Assembly (NCBI GenBank): GCA_041737125.1
Contig: JBGSSJ010000014.1
Coordinates: 134,375 to 193,758, forward strand
Reading direction: 5' to 3'
Length of the DNA: 59,384 nt
Source of the DNA: Minisyncoccia bacterium
GTDB lineage: Bacteria > Patescibacteriota > Minisyncoccia > Phycocordibacterales > UBA9973
Positions 6,887 to 16,594 of this stretch are shown here, piece after piece. Positions within the stretch are counted from its first letter, which is position 1. Each line of letters starts with the position of its first letter. A program made the translations under genes and the position numbers. Below the pieces are notes generated by a model that was not told where the DNA came from, did not search any database, and worked only from the letters and a program-made list of their open reading frames with translations.

Positions 6887-8791
6887 ATGTCAGATAATGA
6901 ACATCCATTAAATAAAATTGAAGATATAAAGCGCCACCTCTATGACCGTGAAGATACTGTGACGAACAGGCCTCGTGAGGGCACACTGCATCCGATTGCT
7001 CACCATGTACCTGATACCTGGCAGAAAGAAGTGAAGGAAGAGATTAATATTAAAGATAATTTTAAGAAGCCACCTATGTCACCATTCAAAAAATTCTTCA
7101 TGGGAGCGTTCGTATTCTTTGTTGCAGCTTTGGGATTTGCATACTATATGTTTTCGAATGAAAGAGTATCTGTATCAAATGAGAAGATAGAAATTACTGT
7201 CATAGGTAATGCATTCACAAAGGGGGGCGAAGAATTACCACTTCAAATAGAGATAAGGAATAATAATAATGCGAACCTAGAGCTCGCTGACTTACTAATA
7301 GAGTATCCGAAAGGGGCGAGTGATAGCCCTACTGATGTTGTCCGTATGCCACGCGATACAGTGGGCACCATAGAGAGTGGAGGTACAGTTATCCGTAATA
7401 TTAAAGTGAAGCTTTTCGGCGATGAGAAGTCAGCCCGAAATATAAAGATAACTTTGGAGTATCATCCACAAGGCTCGAACGCTATCTTCACGAAAGTAAA
7501 AGAATATCCTGTAACCATTAGTACTTCACCCCTTTCTCTGACTATCGAGGGTCCAGATCAGACTGCATCAGACCAGCTTATAACCTTCAAAGTAAGAGCA
7601 TCTCTAAATACCTCACTACCGGAAGGCGAATCTGTTATACAGGTGTCTTATCCAAATAATTTTATTTTTGAAAGTGCTACTCCTATGCCATCGTTGGGCA
7701 AGAACATATGGAGCATGGGATCTCTTACTCAAGAAGAACCTTTGAATATTGAAATAAAGGGTCGCTTATTGGGAGAAGATAATGATGAACAAATTTTCCA
7801 TGTCTATGCGGGTACTACGAGCCCATCTAATCAGTCTGTGGTAAATGTAGTTTATAATTCATTGCTGAAGAGTGTACTTATAACGAAGCCTTTCTTGGAA
7901 GCTCGTATCCTTGTAAATGGGCAAGATTTACCTAGCTACACTGCCAATGGTGGCTCTAATGTTAGTGGGCAGATTTATTGGATGAATAATCTTCCGAATC
8001 GTATCACAGATGCAGAAGTCATACTGAAGCTCTCAGGTAATGTACTTGATAAAGAACAAGTGGAGACACTCGATGGATACTACGATTCTACTAACAGTCA
8101 GATTGTGTGGAATAAGAATACAAGTGAAGATTTGGGTTCTATCGAGCCAGGAGCCAGTGGGTACCTATCTTTTAATTTCAAGCCTGTGTCTCTAGTAGGA
8201 GCATCTTCTATCAAAGATCCTCAAGTAGTACTCGATGTAAGCATAAAAGGCAGACAACCGTCAGAGGGGTTTACTTATAATGAAGTGAATAATTTCATAA
8301 ATAAAACTGTAAAAATATCTTCTGATTTCCAGATTGCATCATCTGCATCTTTCTTATCTGGTTCACTTCCACCCAAAGCAGAGACAGAAACAAGGTACAC
8401 TGTAACATGGACATTGTCTAACTCCTCTAACAATGTTACAGGAGCACAAGCAAAAGCCATTCTACCTATCTATGTAAAGTGGGCAGGGAAGACTGCTGGC
8501 TCAAATGAGAATATTTCTTACAATGAATCAACTAGGGAAGTAATATGGAATATAGGTTCCGTCCGAGCAAATACTGGTTTTGATGCAATGAACCGTGAAG
8601 CTTCATTCGTACTATCACTTACTCCTTCACTTTCACAAGTGGGAGCCGTGCCTCAGCTTATGAAGGAAGTCTCCCTCTCTGGAACCGATAGCTTTACAGG
8701 TACTGTGGTGAAGAGTACTCGTGGGCCGATCACTACTTCCCTCCGTAATGACCCGAGCTTTGCGCCTGGTAATGAACGTGTTATAAAGTAA
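6887..8791 (+). CDS. hypothetical N-terminally membrane-anchored extracytoplasmic protein (634 aa)
   Basis: Long ORF with one TM segment (FFMGAFVFFVAALGFAYYMF); the remainder looks beta-rich. Confidence 0.7.
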   Translation: MSDNEHPLNKIEDIKRHLYDREDTVTNRPREGTLHPIAHHVPDTWQKEVKEEINIKDNFKKPPMSPFKKFFMGAFVFFVAALGFAYYMFSNERVSVSNEKIEITVIGNAFTKGGEELPLQIEIRNNNNANLELADLLIEYPKGASDSPTDVVRMPRDTVGTIESGGTVIRNIKVKLFGDEKSARNIKITLEYHPQGSNAIFTKVKEYPVTISTSPLSLTIEGPDQTASDQLITFKVRASLNTSLPEGESVIQVSYPNNFIFESATPMPSLGKNIWSMGSLTQEEPLNIEIKGRLLGEDNDEQIFHVYAGTTSPSNQSVVNVVYNSLLKSVLITKPFLEARILVNGQDLPSYTANGGSNVSGQIYWMNNLPNRITDAEVILKLSGNVLDKEQVETLDGYYDSTNSQIVWNKNTSEDLGSIEPGASGYLSFNFKPVSLVGASSIKDPQVVLDVSIKGRQPSEGFTYNEVNNFINKTVKISSDFQIASSASFLSGSLPPKAETETRYTVTWTLSNSSNNVTGAQAKAILPIYVKWAGKTAGSNENISYNESTREVIWNIGSVRANTGFDAMNREASFVLSLTPSLSQVGAVPQLMKEVSLSGTDSFTGTVVKSTRGPITTSLRNDPSFAPGNERVIK

Positions 8792-8811
8792 TTATAATTA
8801 ATTTATACAAT

Positions 8812-10110
8812 ATGGCAGAAAATAACGACAATCTAATGGAAAAAATTACTTCCCTTGCGAAGCGCAGAGGTTTTGTTTACCAAGGGTCTGAGGTCTATGG
8901 GGGACTTGCAGGTACTTGGGATTACGGTCCACTAGGGGTGGCACTGAAGAATAATATTAAGGATTTATGGAGGAAGAAGTTTGTCTCTTCTCGTACTGAT
9001 ATGTATGAAGTAGATGCTGCAATTCTGATGAACTCCGCTGTATGGAAAGCATCTGGTCATGTGGATACCTTCTCTGACCCGCTTGTGGAATGTACGAAAT
9101 GTAAAAAAAGATTTCGTGCTGATCAACTCAAAGAGAAAGGTTTGTGTGACGACTGCGGAGCGACCACGGGAGAAGCTCGTCAGTTTAATATGATGTTCGA
9201 AACAAAGATTGGTGCGGTAGAGGATAGCTCTGCAACCGTTTATTTAAGACCAGAGACTGCTCAAGGTATGTTTGTGAATTTTAAAAATGTTGTAGATTCA
9301 TTCCATCCGAAGCTTCCTTTCGGTATGGCCCAAATTGGTAAAGCATTTAGGAATGAGATAACTCCACGTGATTTTATTTTTCGTGTACGCGAATTTGAAC
9401 AAATGGAAATTGAGTACTTTATACGCCCTGAAGATTGGGAAAAGTATTTTACATATTTTAAAGACGAAATGATTGAGTGGATGGATAATATGGGTATTGA
9501 TATGGCGAAAGTTCATGAACTCGAAGTGGCACCCGAAGATCTCGCTCACTATTCAAAACGCACTATTGATTTCGAATTTGATTTTCCTTTCGGAAGAAAA
9601 GAGTTATATGGGTTAGCTTATCGTACAGATTTCGACCTAACCAATCACAATCTTTCATATCAAGATGAGGAGACTAGTCAGAAGCTTGTACCTCATGTAA
9701 TCGAACCTACTTTTGGTGTGGACCGAACTGTACTAGCTCTAATAGCATCAGCTTATAAAGAGGATACACAGAACGAAGAAGTGCGTAGCTACTTGGCGTT
9801 CAAACCGAATGTCGCTCCTGTTATATGTGCAGTCTCTCCACTATTGAAGAATAAGCCAGAACTTATAGAGGAAGCACGCATTGTTTACGGCATGCTGAAA
9901 GCTGAGTTTGGTAGAGTCATGTGGGATGATAATGGCAATATTGGCAAGCGCTATCGCAGACAAGATGAGATAGGTACACCTTGGTGTATAGTTATCGACT
10001 TTGATACTCTAATAGACGAGGCGGTAACCATCCGCGACCGCGACACAGGCATGCAAGAGAGAATAAAGAAAATTGATGTTGTAGATTATATAAAAGATAG
10101 ATTGAATTAA
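8812..10110 (+). CDS. glyQS: glycine--tRNA ligase (alpha2 type)
   Basis: RRGFVYQGSEVYGGLAGTWDYGPLG and class II motifs. Confidence 0.93.
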   Translation: MAENNDNLMEKITSLAKRRGFVYQGSEVYGGLAGTWDYGPLGVALKNNIKDLWRKKFVSSRTDMYEVDAAILMNSAVWKASGHVDTFSDPLVECTKCKKRFRADQLKEKGLCDDCGATTGEARQFNMMFETKIGAVEDSSATVYLRPETAQGMFVNFKNVVDSFHPKLPFGMAQIGKAFRNEITPRDFIFRVREFEQMEIEYFIRPEDWEKYFTYFKDEMIEWMDNMGIDMAKVHELEVAPEDLAHYSKRTIDFEFDFPFGRKELYGLAYRTDFDLTNHNLSYQDEETSQKLVPHVIEPTFGVDRTVLALIASAYKEDTQNEEVRSYLAFKPNVAPVICAVSPLLKNKPELIEEARIVYGMLKAEFGRVMWDDNGNIGKRYRRQDEIGTPWCIVIDFDTLIDEAVTIRDRDTGMQERIKKIDVVDYIKDRLN

Positions 10111-11382
10111 ATGCAAAAAGCTAAAAAGAAAATATTTAAAAATGGGTTGCGTGTGGTGACTGTGCCGATGAAGGATAATCCGACCGTTACAGTGCTTGTG
10201 CTTGTAGGCACAGGTAGCGACTACGAGACGAAGGAGCTCGGTGGTATTTCGCACTTCCTCGAGCATATGTGCTTCAAGGGTACGACGAAGCGCTCTAATG
10301 CGCAGGCTATAGCACACGAGCTTGATGCTTTGGGTTGCCAGTATAATGCCTTCACAGACCATGAGATGACAGGCTACTATGCGAAAAGTGATGCGAAGAA
10401 TTTCAAGAAAATTTTCGATGTTATTTCTGATATATATCTGAATTCGACTTTCCCTGAAGCAGAAATTGAGAAAGAGAAGGGCGTCATAGTAGAAGAGATA
10501 AATATGTACGAAGACATGCCTTCTCGCCATGTGCAAGATTTATTCCAGGAAGCCCTCTATGGCGACCAGCCAGCAGGGCGCAACATCGCCGGTACGAAGG
10601 ACAATGTCCGTGCTATGACTCGCGCAGATTTCATTAAATATAAGAAGACTCACTACGTAGCAGAAGGCACTGTCATCGTAGTTGCAGGTTCTGTGTCATC
10701 GGCTGACGTTTATAAAGAAGCGGCGAAGCACTTTGGTAATGTCCACACTGGCAAGAAAGGAAATAAGGTAAAGACAATAGATAAACAACAGACTCCAAAT
10801 GTTTTACTCAAACACAAAGAGACAGATCAGACTCACTTCGTCTTAGGCGTGCGTACTTTCCCATTGAAAGACAAGAGGAATGCGACTCTGTCTGTACTCG
10901 CGAGTATACTTGGTGCTGGTATGAGTTCACGACTATTCATAAAGCTTCGGGAAGAAATGGGTGTCGCTTACTATGTACGTGCTTATAATGACCCCTCTCT
11001 TGACCGTGGGTCTTTGCAGATATCTGCAGGAGTGAATAATGCAAGATGTGAAGAAGTCATAAAAGAAATATTGAAAGAATGTACACTACTTGCCAAAGAT
11101 GGAGTCACCGAAGGTGAATTAAGTAAAGTGAAGTCCATGCTAATAGGAAATACAAAGCTATCTCTCGAAGCAACAGATGATATAGCTAATTTTTATGGTT
11201 CCCAAGAATTACTAAAGAAAGAGATAAAGACCTTAGAAGAAAAAATAAAAGATATAAATAAAGTTACAAAAGAAGATATAAAGAAGATGGCTAACTTGAT
11301 ATGGAAGAATAGCAACTTGAACCTCGCTCTTATAGGCCCACTGAAGGATAAAGCCCCTTTACTACAAATCCTTAAATTCTAG
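10111..11382 (+). CDS. M16 (pitrilysin) family zinc peptidase
   Basis: HFLEHMCFKGT inverted zinc motif HxxEH; abuts the glyQS stop. Confidence 0.9.
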   Translation: MQKAKKKIFKNGLRVVTVPMKDNPTVTVLVLVGTGSDYETKELGGISHFLEHMCFKGTTKRSNAQAIAHELDALGCQYNAFTDHEMTGYYAKSDAKNFKKIFDVISDIYLNSTFPEAEIEKEKGVIVEEINMYEDMPSRHVQDLFQEALYGDQPAGRNIAGTKDNVRAMTRADFIKYKKTHYVAEGTVIVVAGSVSSADVYKEAAKHFGNVHTGKKGNKVKTIDKQQTPNVLLKHKETDQTHFVLGVRTFPLKDKRNATLSVLASILGAGMSSRLFIKLREEMGVAYYVRAYNDPSLDRGSLQISAGVNNARCEEVIKEILKECTLLAKDGVTEGELSKVKSMLIGNTKLSLEATDDIANFYGSQELLKKEIKTLEEKIKDINKVTKEDIKKMANLIWKNSNLNLALIGPLKDKAPLLQILKF

Positions 11383-11400
11383 TCATATAGAACATCTCTG

Positions 11401-11409
11401 TGTTAGAAT
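11401..11409 (+). promoter_or_regulatory. extended -10 TGtTAGAAT, 6 nt before ATG 11416
   Basis: Sequence match and spacing. Confidence 0.45.
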
Positions 11410-11415
11410 AGTATT

Positions 11416-12486
11416 ATGGATAAACAAATGACACATACTAGGATATCTATAACGAACGGCTCTATAATTCGAGTTTTTCTATTCCTTTTCCTCGTATGGG
11501 CATTAATCGAACTGACTGAAATTATACTTATAATACTTACTTCCATCGTTATTGCTTCATTCATAGGATACGCTGTAGATAAGATGAAGAAATATATCAA
11601 GAATAGAACTGCGGCGGTATTCCTTATATTCTTTTTATCATTCGGTATTATAATTGCTTTAATGTCTGTTTTTGTCCCAGTATTTATTGAGGAAATGTCC
11701 ACACTTGTCACTCAGCTTGGTCAATATATTCCAGATAGTAGTATCTTAAATAGCTTCCAGCCGGATACTATCTCTGGAGCACAAGGTGTAGCCAAAGACA
11801 TTACAAGCAATGCGTCTCTTGAAGATGTAGTAAAGAGTACACAAGGTATGGTGCAGAGTCTATCCGGAGGTTTCTTCAATATTTTTGGTCTTGCTTTCGG
11901 GGGAATTATGAACTTGGTATTGATAATGGTTATATCTTTCTACTTATCTGTTACAGAAAAAGGCGTGGAGAACTTCTTGCGTATTATAACCCCCGCTACT
12001 CACGAAGAATACATTATACATCTATGGCAGAGAACTGAGCTTAAGATTGGCCTCTGGATGCAAGGACAACTACTGATGGGTGTCATTGCTGGTATGCTTA
12101 CTTACCTTGCTCTTACTATTATAGGAGTGAAATACTCTCTCGTGCTTGCTCTCATTGTTGTCGTGGCTGAGCTAATACCTTTCGGCCTAATACTTGCAAC
12201 AGTCCCTGGTGTACTATTCGCATATCTTGATGGTGGAGTGGCTATCGCTGCACTCACACTTCTTATATACTTCATCATTGGACAGTTTGAGACTTACCTC
12301 ATATACCCACTCATAGTGAAGAAGGCGACTGGCATATCGCCGCTCGTTGTTATAATATCTTTACTTGTAGGAGGCACGCTTGCGGGATTCTGGGGTGTGA
12401 TACTTGCTGTGCCTTGTGCTGTGGCCTTACTTGAATTCCTAGATGACATAGAGAAAAAGAAAGTTATAGCAGTAAAAACTGATTAA
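11416..12486 (+). CDS. AI-2E family transporter (PerM/UPF0118)
   Basis: Multi-TM protein with the family-typical C-terminal half (LIPFGLILATVPGVL...GISPLVVIISLL). Confidence 0.8.
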   Translation: MDKQMTHTRISITNGSIIRVFLFLFLVWALIELTEIILIILTSIVIASFIGYAVDKMKKYIKNRTAAVFLIFFLSFGIIIALMSVFVPVFIEEMSTLVTQLGQYIPDSSILNSFQPDTISGAQGVAKDITSNASLEDVVKSTQGMVQSLSGGFFNIFGLAFGGIMNLVLIMVISFYLSVTEKGVENFLRIITPATHEEYIIHLWQRTELKIGLWMQGQLLMGVIAGMLTYLALTIIGVKYSLVLALIVVVAELIPFGLILATVPGVLFAYLDGGVAIAALTLLIYFIIGQFETYLIYPLIVKKATGISPLVVIISLLVGGTLAGFWGVILAVPCAVALLEFLDDIEKKKVIAVKTD

Positions 12487-12487
12487 T

Positions 12488-13930
12488 ATGCAAAAGACCT
12501 TCTATATCACTACTACGCTTCCTTATGTAAATGCGCCACTTCATATGGGGCATGCTCTTGAATTTGTGCGTGCAGATACTATAGCCCGCCACAAAAAGCT
12601 AGCCGGTTATGATGTCTTCTTCAACACTGGTACCGATGAGCACGGTATAAAAATTTATGAAAAAGCACAAGAGAAGGGCATCGATGTGCAAACTTTTGTC
12701 GACCAAGGATTCGATACTTTCAAAGAAAGTTTTAAAATATTAGGAGTAAGTGAAGATATACACTTCATACGCACCACAGATAAAAGTCATGAGAAGTCCG
12801 CCCAAGAATTCTGGAGAAAAGTTCGTGATAATGGATATATTTATAAGAAGATTTACCAAGCGAAGTATTGTGTAGGTTGTGAAAGTGAGAAGACAGATTC
12901 AGAATTAGGTGAAGATGGCTACTGTCCTGATCATCCTGGTATAGCTCTACAAGTTATAGAAGAAGAGAATTACTTCTTCAAATATAGCGAGTTCGGTCCG
13001 AAGTTGCTCGCATTCTATGAAGTTAATCCGACTTTTGTTATACCAGACTTTCGTTTTAATGAGATGAAGGCATTCGTCGAGCGCGGACTTCAGGATTTCT
13101 CTATATCAAGACTAAAGAGCAAGATGCCATGGGGTATAGAAGTGCCAGACGATAGTGATCACGTGATGTATGTGTGGTTCGATGCATTAACTAACTATAT
13201 CAATACATTAGGGTGGCTGGAGGGTAGTGATAATTTTGAAAAATATTGGACCAATGGCACACCGACGCAGTATTGTGGCAAGGATAATACACGCTTCCAG
13301 TCTGCTATGTGGCAAGCTATGCTCATGGCGGCAGGATTCCCCAATTCGCATCAGATAGTAGTGAATGGATTTATTACTGGTGATGGAGGAGTGAAGATGT
13401 CGAAGACACTCGGTAATGTTGTAGACCCACGTGATATTGTGACCGAGTATGGCACGGATGCCCTGCGTTACTTCTTACTTCGCGAAGTTTCTTCTTTTGA
13501 AGATTCACCTTTTACTATAGAGCGATTCAAGGATGCTTATAATAGTGGTCTTGCAAATGGGTTGGGGAATTTAACTTCACGCATTTTGACACTATCTGAG
13601 AAATATTTAGATAAATGCCCAGAAATAGATGAGAATTCTATACCACAAGAATTTTTTGATATACTTGAAACTTTTGATATCAAAAAAGCGACAGATTTCA
13701 TTTGGAATGAAGTGGAGAAATTGGACAAATTCATTCAAGAAACAGAACCATTTAAAGTTATAAAAGTAGATGAAGTTAAAGGTAGGGAACTTATAACTGA
13801 AATGGTTATAAGGTTATACACAATAGCACGTATGTTAAACCCAATAATGCCTGAAACAAATAAAAAACTAAAAGAACTCATTAAAATAAACAAAAAACCA
13901 GAGCAACCATTGTTTTTGAGGAAAGACTAA
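12488..13930 (+). CDS. metG: methionine--tRNA ligase
   Basis: PYVNAPLHMGHALE (HIGH), KMSKTLGN (KMSKS), Cys knuckle CVGCES...CPDH. Confidence 0.95.
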   Translation: MQKTFYITTTLPYVNAPLHMGHALEFVRADTIARHKKLAGYDVFFNTGTDEHGIKIYEKAQEKGIDVQTFVDQGFDTFKESFKILGVSEDIHFIRTTDKSHEKSAQEFWRKVRDNGYIYKKIYQAKYCVGCESEKTDSELGEDGYCPDHPGIALQVIEEENYFFKYSEFGPKLLAFYEVNPTFVIPDFRFNEMKAFVERGLQDFSISRLKSKMPWGIEVPDDSDHVMYVWFDALTNYINTLGWLEGSDNFEKYWTNGTPTQYCGKDNTRFQSAMWQAMLMAAGFPNSHQIVVNGFITGDGGVKMSKTLGNVVDPRDIVTEYGTDALRYFLLREVSSFEDSPFTIERFKDAYNSGLANGLGNLTSRILTLSEKYLDKCPEIDENSIPQEFFDILETFDIKKATDFIWNEVEKLDKFIQETEPFKVIKVDEVKGRELITEMVIRLYTIARMLNPIMPETNKKLKELIKINKKPEQPLFLRKD

Positions 13931-14770
13931 ATGCCAAAATATATAGACATACATTCACATGTGAACTTTAAAGCATTCGATGAAGATAGGGATGTAGTAA
14001 TTCGTCGGGCACTCGATGCTGATACCTGGGTTATAAATGTAGGAACGCAGATAGATACTTCAAGGAATGCAGTAGAGATTGCGCACGGGTATGAGGAAGG
14101 CGTGTATGCTATCATTGGCCTTCATCCGATACATACAGGAGCTTCATACCACGATGAGAAGGAGCTTGGTGAAGGTGGCATAGAGTTTACTTCACGAGGT
14201 GAAGTATTCGACAAAGATAAATACCTAGAGCTACTTCGTGACCCGAAAGTTGTTGCTGTTGGGGAGTGCGGACTCGATTATTTTCGCCTAGAAGAGGAAT
14301 CTATCGAGAGGCAGAAGCAAGCATTCATAGCACAGATAGAAATTGCCAACGAGGTAGGTAAGCCACTGATGCTTCATATTCGTAACAATCCGGAGGATAA
14401 AATTCACAATGCATACATGGATGCACTCGATATCTTGAAACAGCATGCGAAAGTTAAGGGTGATGTGCACTTCTTCGCAGGAAGCCTTGATGATGCGAAA
14501 GCATTTATAGATTTCGGCTTTACTCTTTCTTTTACAGGGGCGATAACTTATGGCAAGAATTATGAAGAGGTTATAAAAGCTATTCCACTTGATATGATCA
14601 TGTCCGAGACGGATGCCCCATATGTGTCTCCTGTGCCGTACAGAGGCAAAAGGAATGAACCCGTCTATGTGAAGGAAGTAGTGAAAAAGATAGCAGAAAT
14701 AAAAGGTTTATCTGAGTCTGAAGTAGCCGAAGCTATAGTCGCTAATGTAAAACGTGTTTTTGACATATAG
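13931..14770 (+). CDS. tatD: TatD family metal-dependent hydrolase
   Basis: IDIHSHVNF start, GECGLDY, SETDAPY motifs. Confidence 0.85.
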   Translation: MPKYIDIHSHVNFKAFDEDRDVVIRRALDADTWVINVGTQIDTSRNAVEIAHGYEEGVYAIIGLHPIHTGASYHDEKELGEGGIEFTSRGEVFDKDKYLELLRDPKVVAVGECGLDYFRLEEESIERQKQAFIAQIEIANEVGKPLMLHIRNNPEDKIHNAYMDALDILKQHAKVKGDVHFFAGSLDDAKAFIDFGFTLSFTGAITYGKNYEEVIKAIPLDMIMSETDAPYVSPVPYRGKRNEPVYVKEVVKKIAEIKGLSESEVAEAIVANVKRVFDI

Positions 14771-14936
14771 GCTTAATTCTGTTAGTATAACTCTACGTTT
14801 ACCTATGGTAGACAAGTCTTATTTGTCCCGACCCTGAAGTCGGTACACACAGGTCCATAATAAGATTTATATTAAAAGTAACAATTATTGTATTCTAATG
14901 CTCGTAGCCTAGTGCTACTAGCTAGAAGCTATTTAT

Positions 14937-15440
14937 ATGGCAAAGAAAAAAGAAGTTGTAGAAAGTGAAGAGGGTGTAGAGGAGAGTGGAGTTAAAGCGA
15001 GTATTTATGAAGTCGGTTATATCATGGTTCCTAGTATTGCAGAGGAGAACTTGGGTGGTGAAGTTACATCATTCAAAGACACTCTTACTGATATAGGAGT
15101 GACATTTATCTCTGATGAATATCCAAAGATGATGGAACTTGCTTATGAGATGTCTCGTTCTATTATGAACAAGAAGCAGAAGTTCTCATACGGGTATTTC
15201 GGCTGGGTAAAGTTCGAATGTTCTACGGATCAAGCTAAAGTCGCAAAAGACATGCTTGATAAGAACGAAAAGCTAGTTCGTTACCTTATGGTGAAGACTG
15301 TTCGCGAGAGTACTATGTCTGCGAAGAGGCCTTATGGTAAGACAGATGGAGCAAAGCGAAGATTTACTCCAAAAGTAGAAGAAACAGGTCCAATAAATGA
15401 AGAGGTTATAGATAAAGAAATTGATGCACTTGTAGTATAA
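14937..15440 (+). CDS. rpsF: 30S ribosomal protein S6 (with terminal extensions)
   Basis: IYEVGYIMVP core; rpsF-ssb-rpsR synteny. Confidence 0.88.
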   Translation: MAKKKEVVESEEGVEESGVKASIYEVGYIMVPSIAEENLGGEVTSFKDTLTDIGVTFISDEYPKMMELAYEMSRSIMNKKQKFSYGYFGWVKFECSTDQAKVAKDMLDKNEKLVRYLMVKTVRESTMSAKRPYGKTDGAKRRFTPKVEETGPINEEVIDKEIDALVV

Positions 15441-15472
15441 TAGATTTATTAGTATTAATCTCATAAATATAT

Positions 15473-15922
15473 ATGTATTTAAACAAAGCATTAATTATAG
15501 GTAACCTTACTCGAGATCCAGAATTGAAAGCTATTCCTTCCGGAATAAAAGTTTGTAGTTTCTCTGTTGCTACTAATCGTGTCTGGAAGGACAAGAATGG
15601 TGCCAAGCAAGAAGCCGCTGACTACCACAATGTAGTAGTATTCGGTCGTCAAGCAGAGACAGTGGCTCAATATATGAAGAAGGGTAGCCAGGTTATGATC
15701 GAAGGCCGCATGCAGACTAGATCTTGGGATGATGCAGGTACTGGCACAAAGAAGTATCGTACAGAGATAATAGCTGACCGCGTACAATTCGGTAGTAATA
15801 CTGGAGGAGGGTCTACTGGTCCGAAGCAAAGTACTCCTGCTACACAAGGAGAAGAAGATGGTTCACTTGATACTATCGAGTATCCAGATGAGCAGATAAA
15901 CGCAGAAGATATACCATTTTAA
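15473..15922 (+). CDS. ssb: single-stranded DNA-binding protein
   Basis: NKALIIGNLTRDPE OB fold, Gly-rich linker, acidic tip DIPF. Confidence 0.95.
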   Translation: MYLNKALIIGNLTRDPELKAIPSGIKVCSFSVATNRVWKDKNGAKQEAADYHNVVVFGRQAETVAQYMKKGSQVMIEGRMQTRSWDDAGTGTKKYRTEIIADRVQFGSNTGGGSTGPKQSTPATQGEEDGSLDTIEYPDEQINAEDIPF

Positions 15923-15925
15923 GAC

Positions 15926-15949
15926 AACCTGCCTGCCGGTAGGCAGGTT
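15926..15949 (+). repeat. CCTGCC hairpin family copy 1 (AACCTGCCTGCCGGTAGGCAGGTT); terminator-like, inside the rpsF-ssb-rpsR cluster
   Basis: Stem CCTGCCT/AGGCAGG; related copies at 27782-27803 and 30613-30633. Confidence 0.8.
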
Positions 15950-15976
15950 AAGAATTACTAATTAAGAATTACGAAT
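15950..15976 (+). repeat. degenerate ATTACGA-family array (AAGAATTACTAATTAAGAATTACGAAT) abutting the rpsR ATG
   Basis: Direct reading. Confidence 0.75.
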
Positions 15977-16177
15977 ATGAAACAAGATTATTTTTCATCA
16001 AACAATATAAAGCACATAGACTATAAAGATATAGATCTATTGAAGCGCTTCCTTACACCTAGCGCTCGTATGCAAGCCCGCCGTCGAACAGATGTGACTG
16101 CGAAGAATCAGAGAAAGCTTGCTATTGCTATCAAACGCGCTCGTTTTATGGGGTTGCTACCTTATATAGCGAAATAA
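15977..16177 (+). CDS. rpsR: 30S ribosomal protein S18
   Basis: IDYKDIDLLKRFL...RRTDVTAKNQRKLAIAIKRARFMGLLPY. Confidence 0.95.
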   Translation: MKQDYFSSNNIKHIDYKDIDLLKRFLTPSARMQARRRTDVTAKNQRKLAIAIKRARFMGLLPYIAK

Positions 16178-16200
16178 CAAGTATATATTAAGACCTAATT

Positions 16201-16422
16201 ATGTTCTCAGGAGGAATTTTCTCTTTCTTTTATTATTTAAAATCAGTTCAGGCTGTGATAGCTTTAACTGAGGTTGAAGGATCGAAAGAAGGAGTGAGTG
16301 GGAAGGATCCTGCTCTCGCTAGTAGCGATAAGATAAAAAAAGAACCATGGCCTGAGCCAGGTGACAATATTACTTTCGACGGTCCGAGTGTCCAGAGAAT
16401 GAAAATAAAGTTCCCTCGTTAG
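16201..16422 (+). CDS. hypothetical small protein (73 aa), uncertain
   Basis: ORF only; followed by a terminator. Confidence 0.3.
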   Translation: MFSGGIFSFFYYLKSVQAVIALTEVEGSKEGVSGKDPALASSDKIKKEPWPEPGDNITFDGPSVQRMKIKFPR

Positions 16423-16429
16423 GCCCAAG

Positions 16430-16462
16430 CACCTGTCACATATTTTGTGGCGGTGTTTTTTT
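16430..16462 (+). terminator. imperfect hairpin followed by T7
   Basis: CACC..ACA / TGT..GGTG arms, then TTTTTTT. Confidence 0.5.
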
Positions 16463-16594
16463 ATTTCACTCCAAAATATAAGGATTTTGTGTAAATTTAT
16501 CTATATTTATATATGGGGATAAACCATTTGCCTACATGGTTGTAAATGATACCATTTGTATATATCAGAATAACGTGCCAAATTATCATACCTT

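Noticed and set aside
10009-10536. 175-aa antisense ORF over the glyQS / M16 peptidase junction
   Set aside because: It is opposite two confidently identified genes and has no motif support.
14771-14936. rpsF leader as an S6:S18 autoregulatory RNA
   Set aside because: Hairpins exist (GACAA/TTGTC, CGAC/GTCG, GTAGC/GCTAC), but I cannot match them to the described motif by eye. The region is left unannotated.
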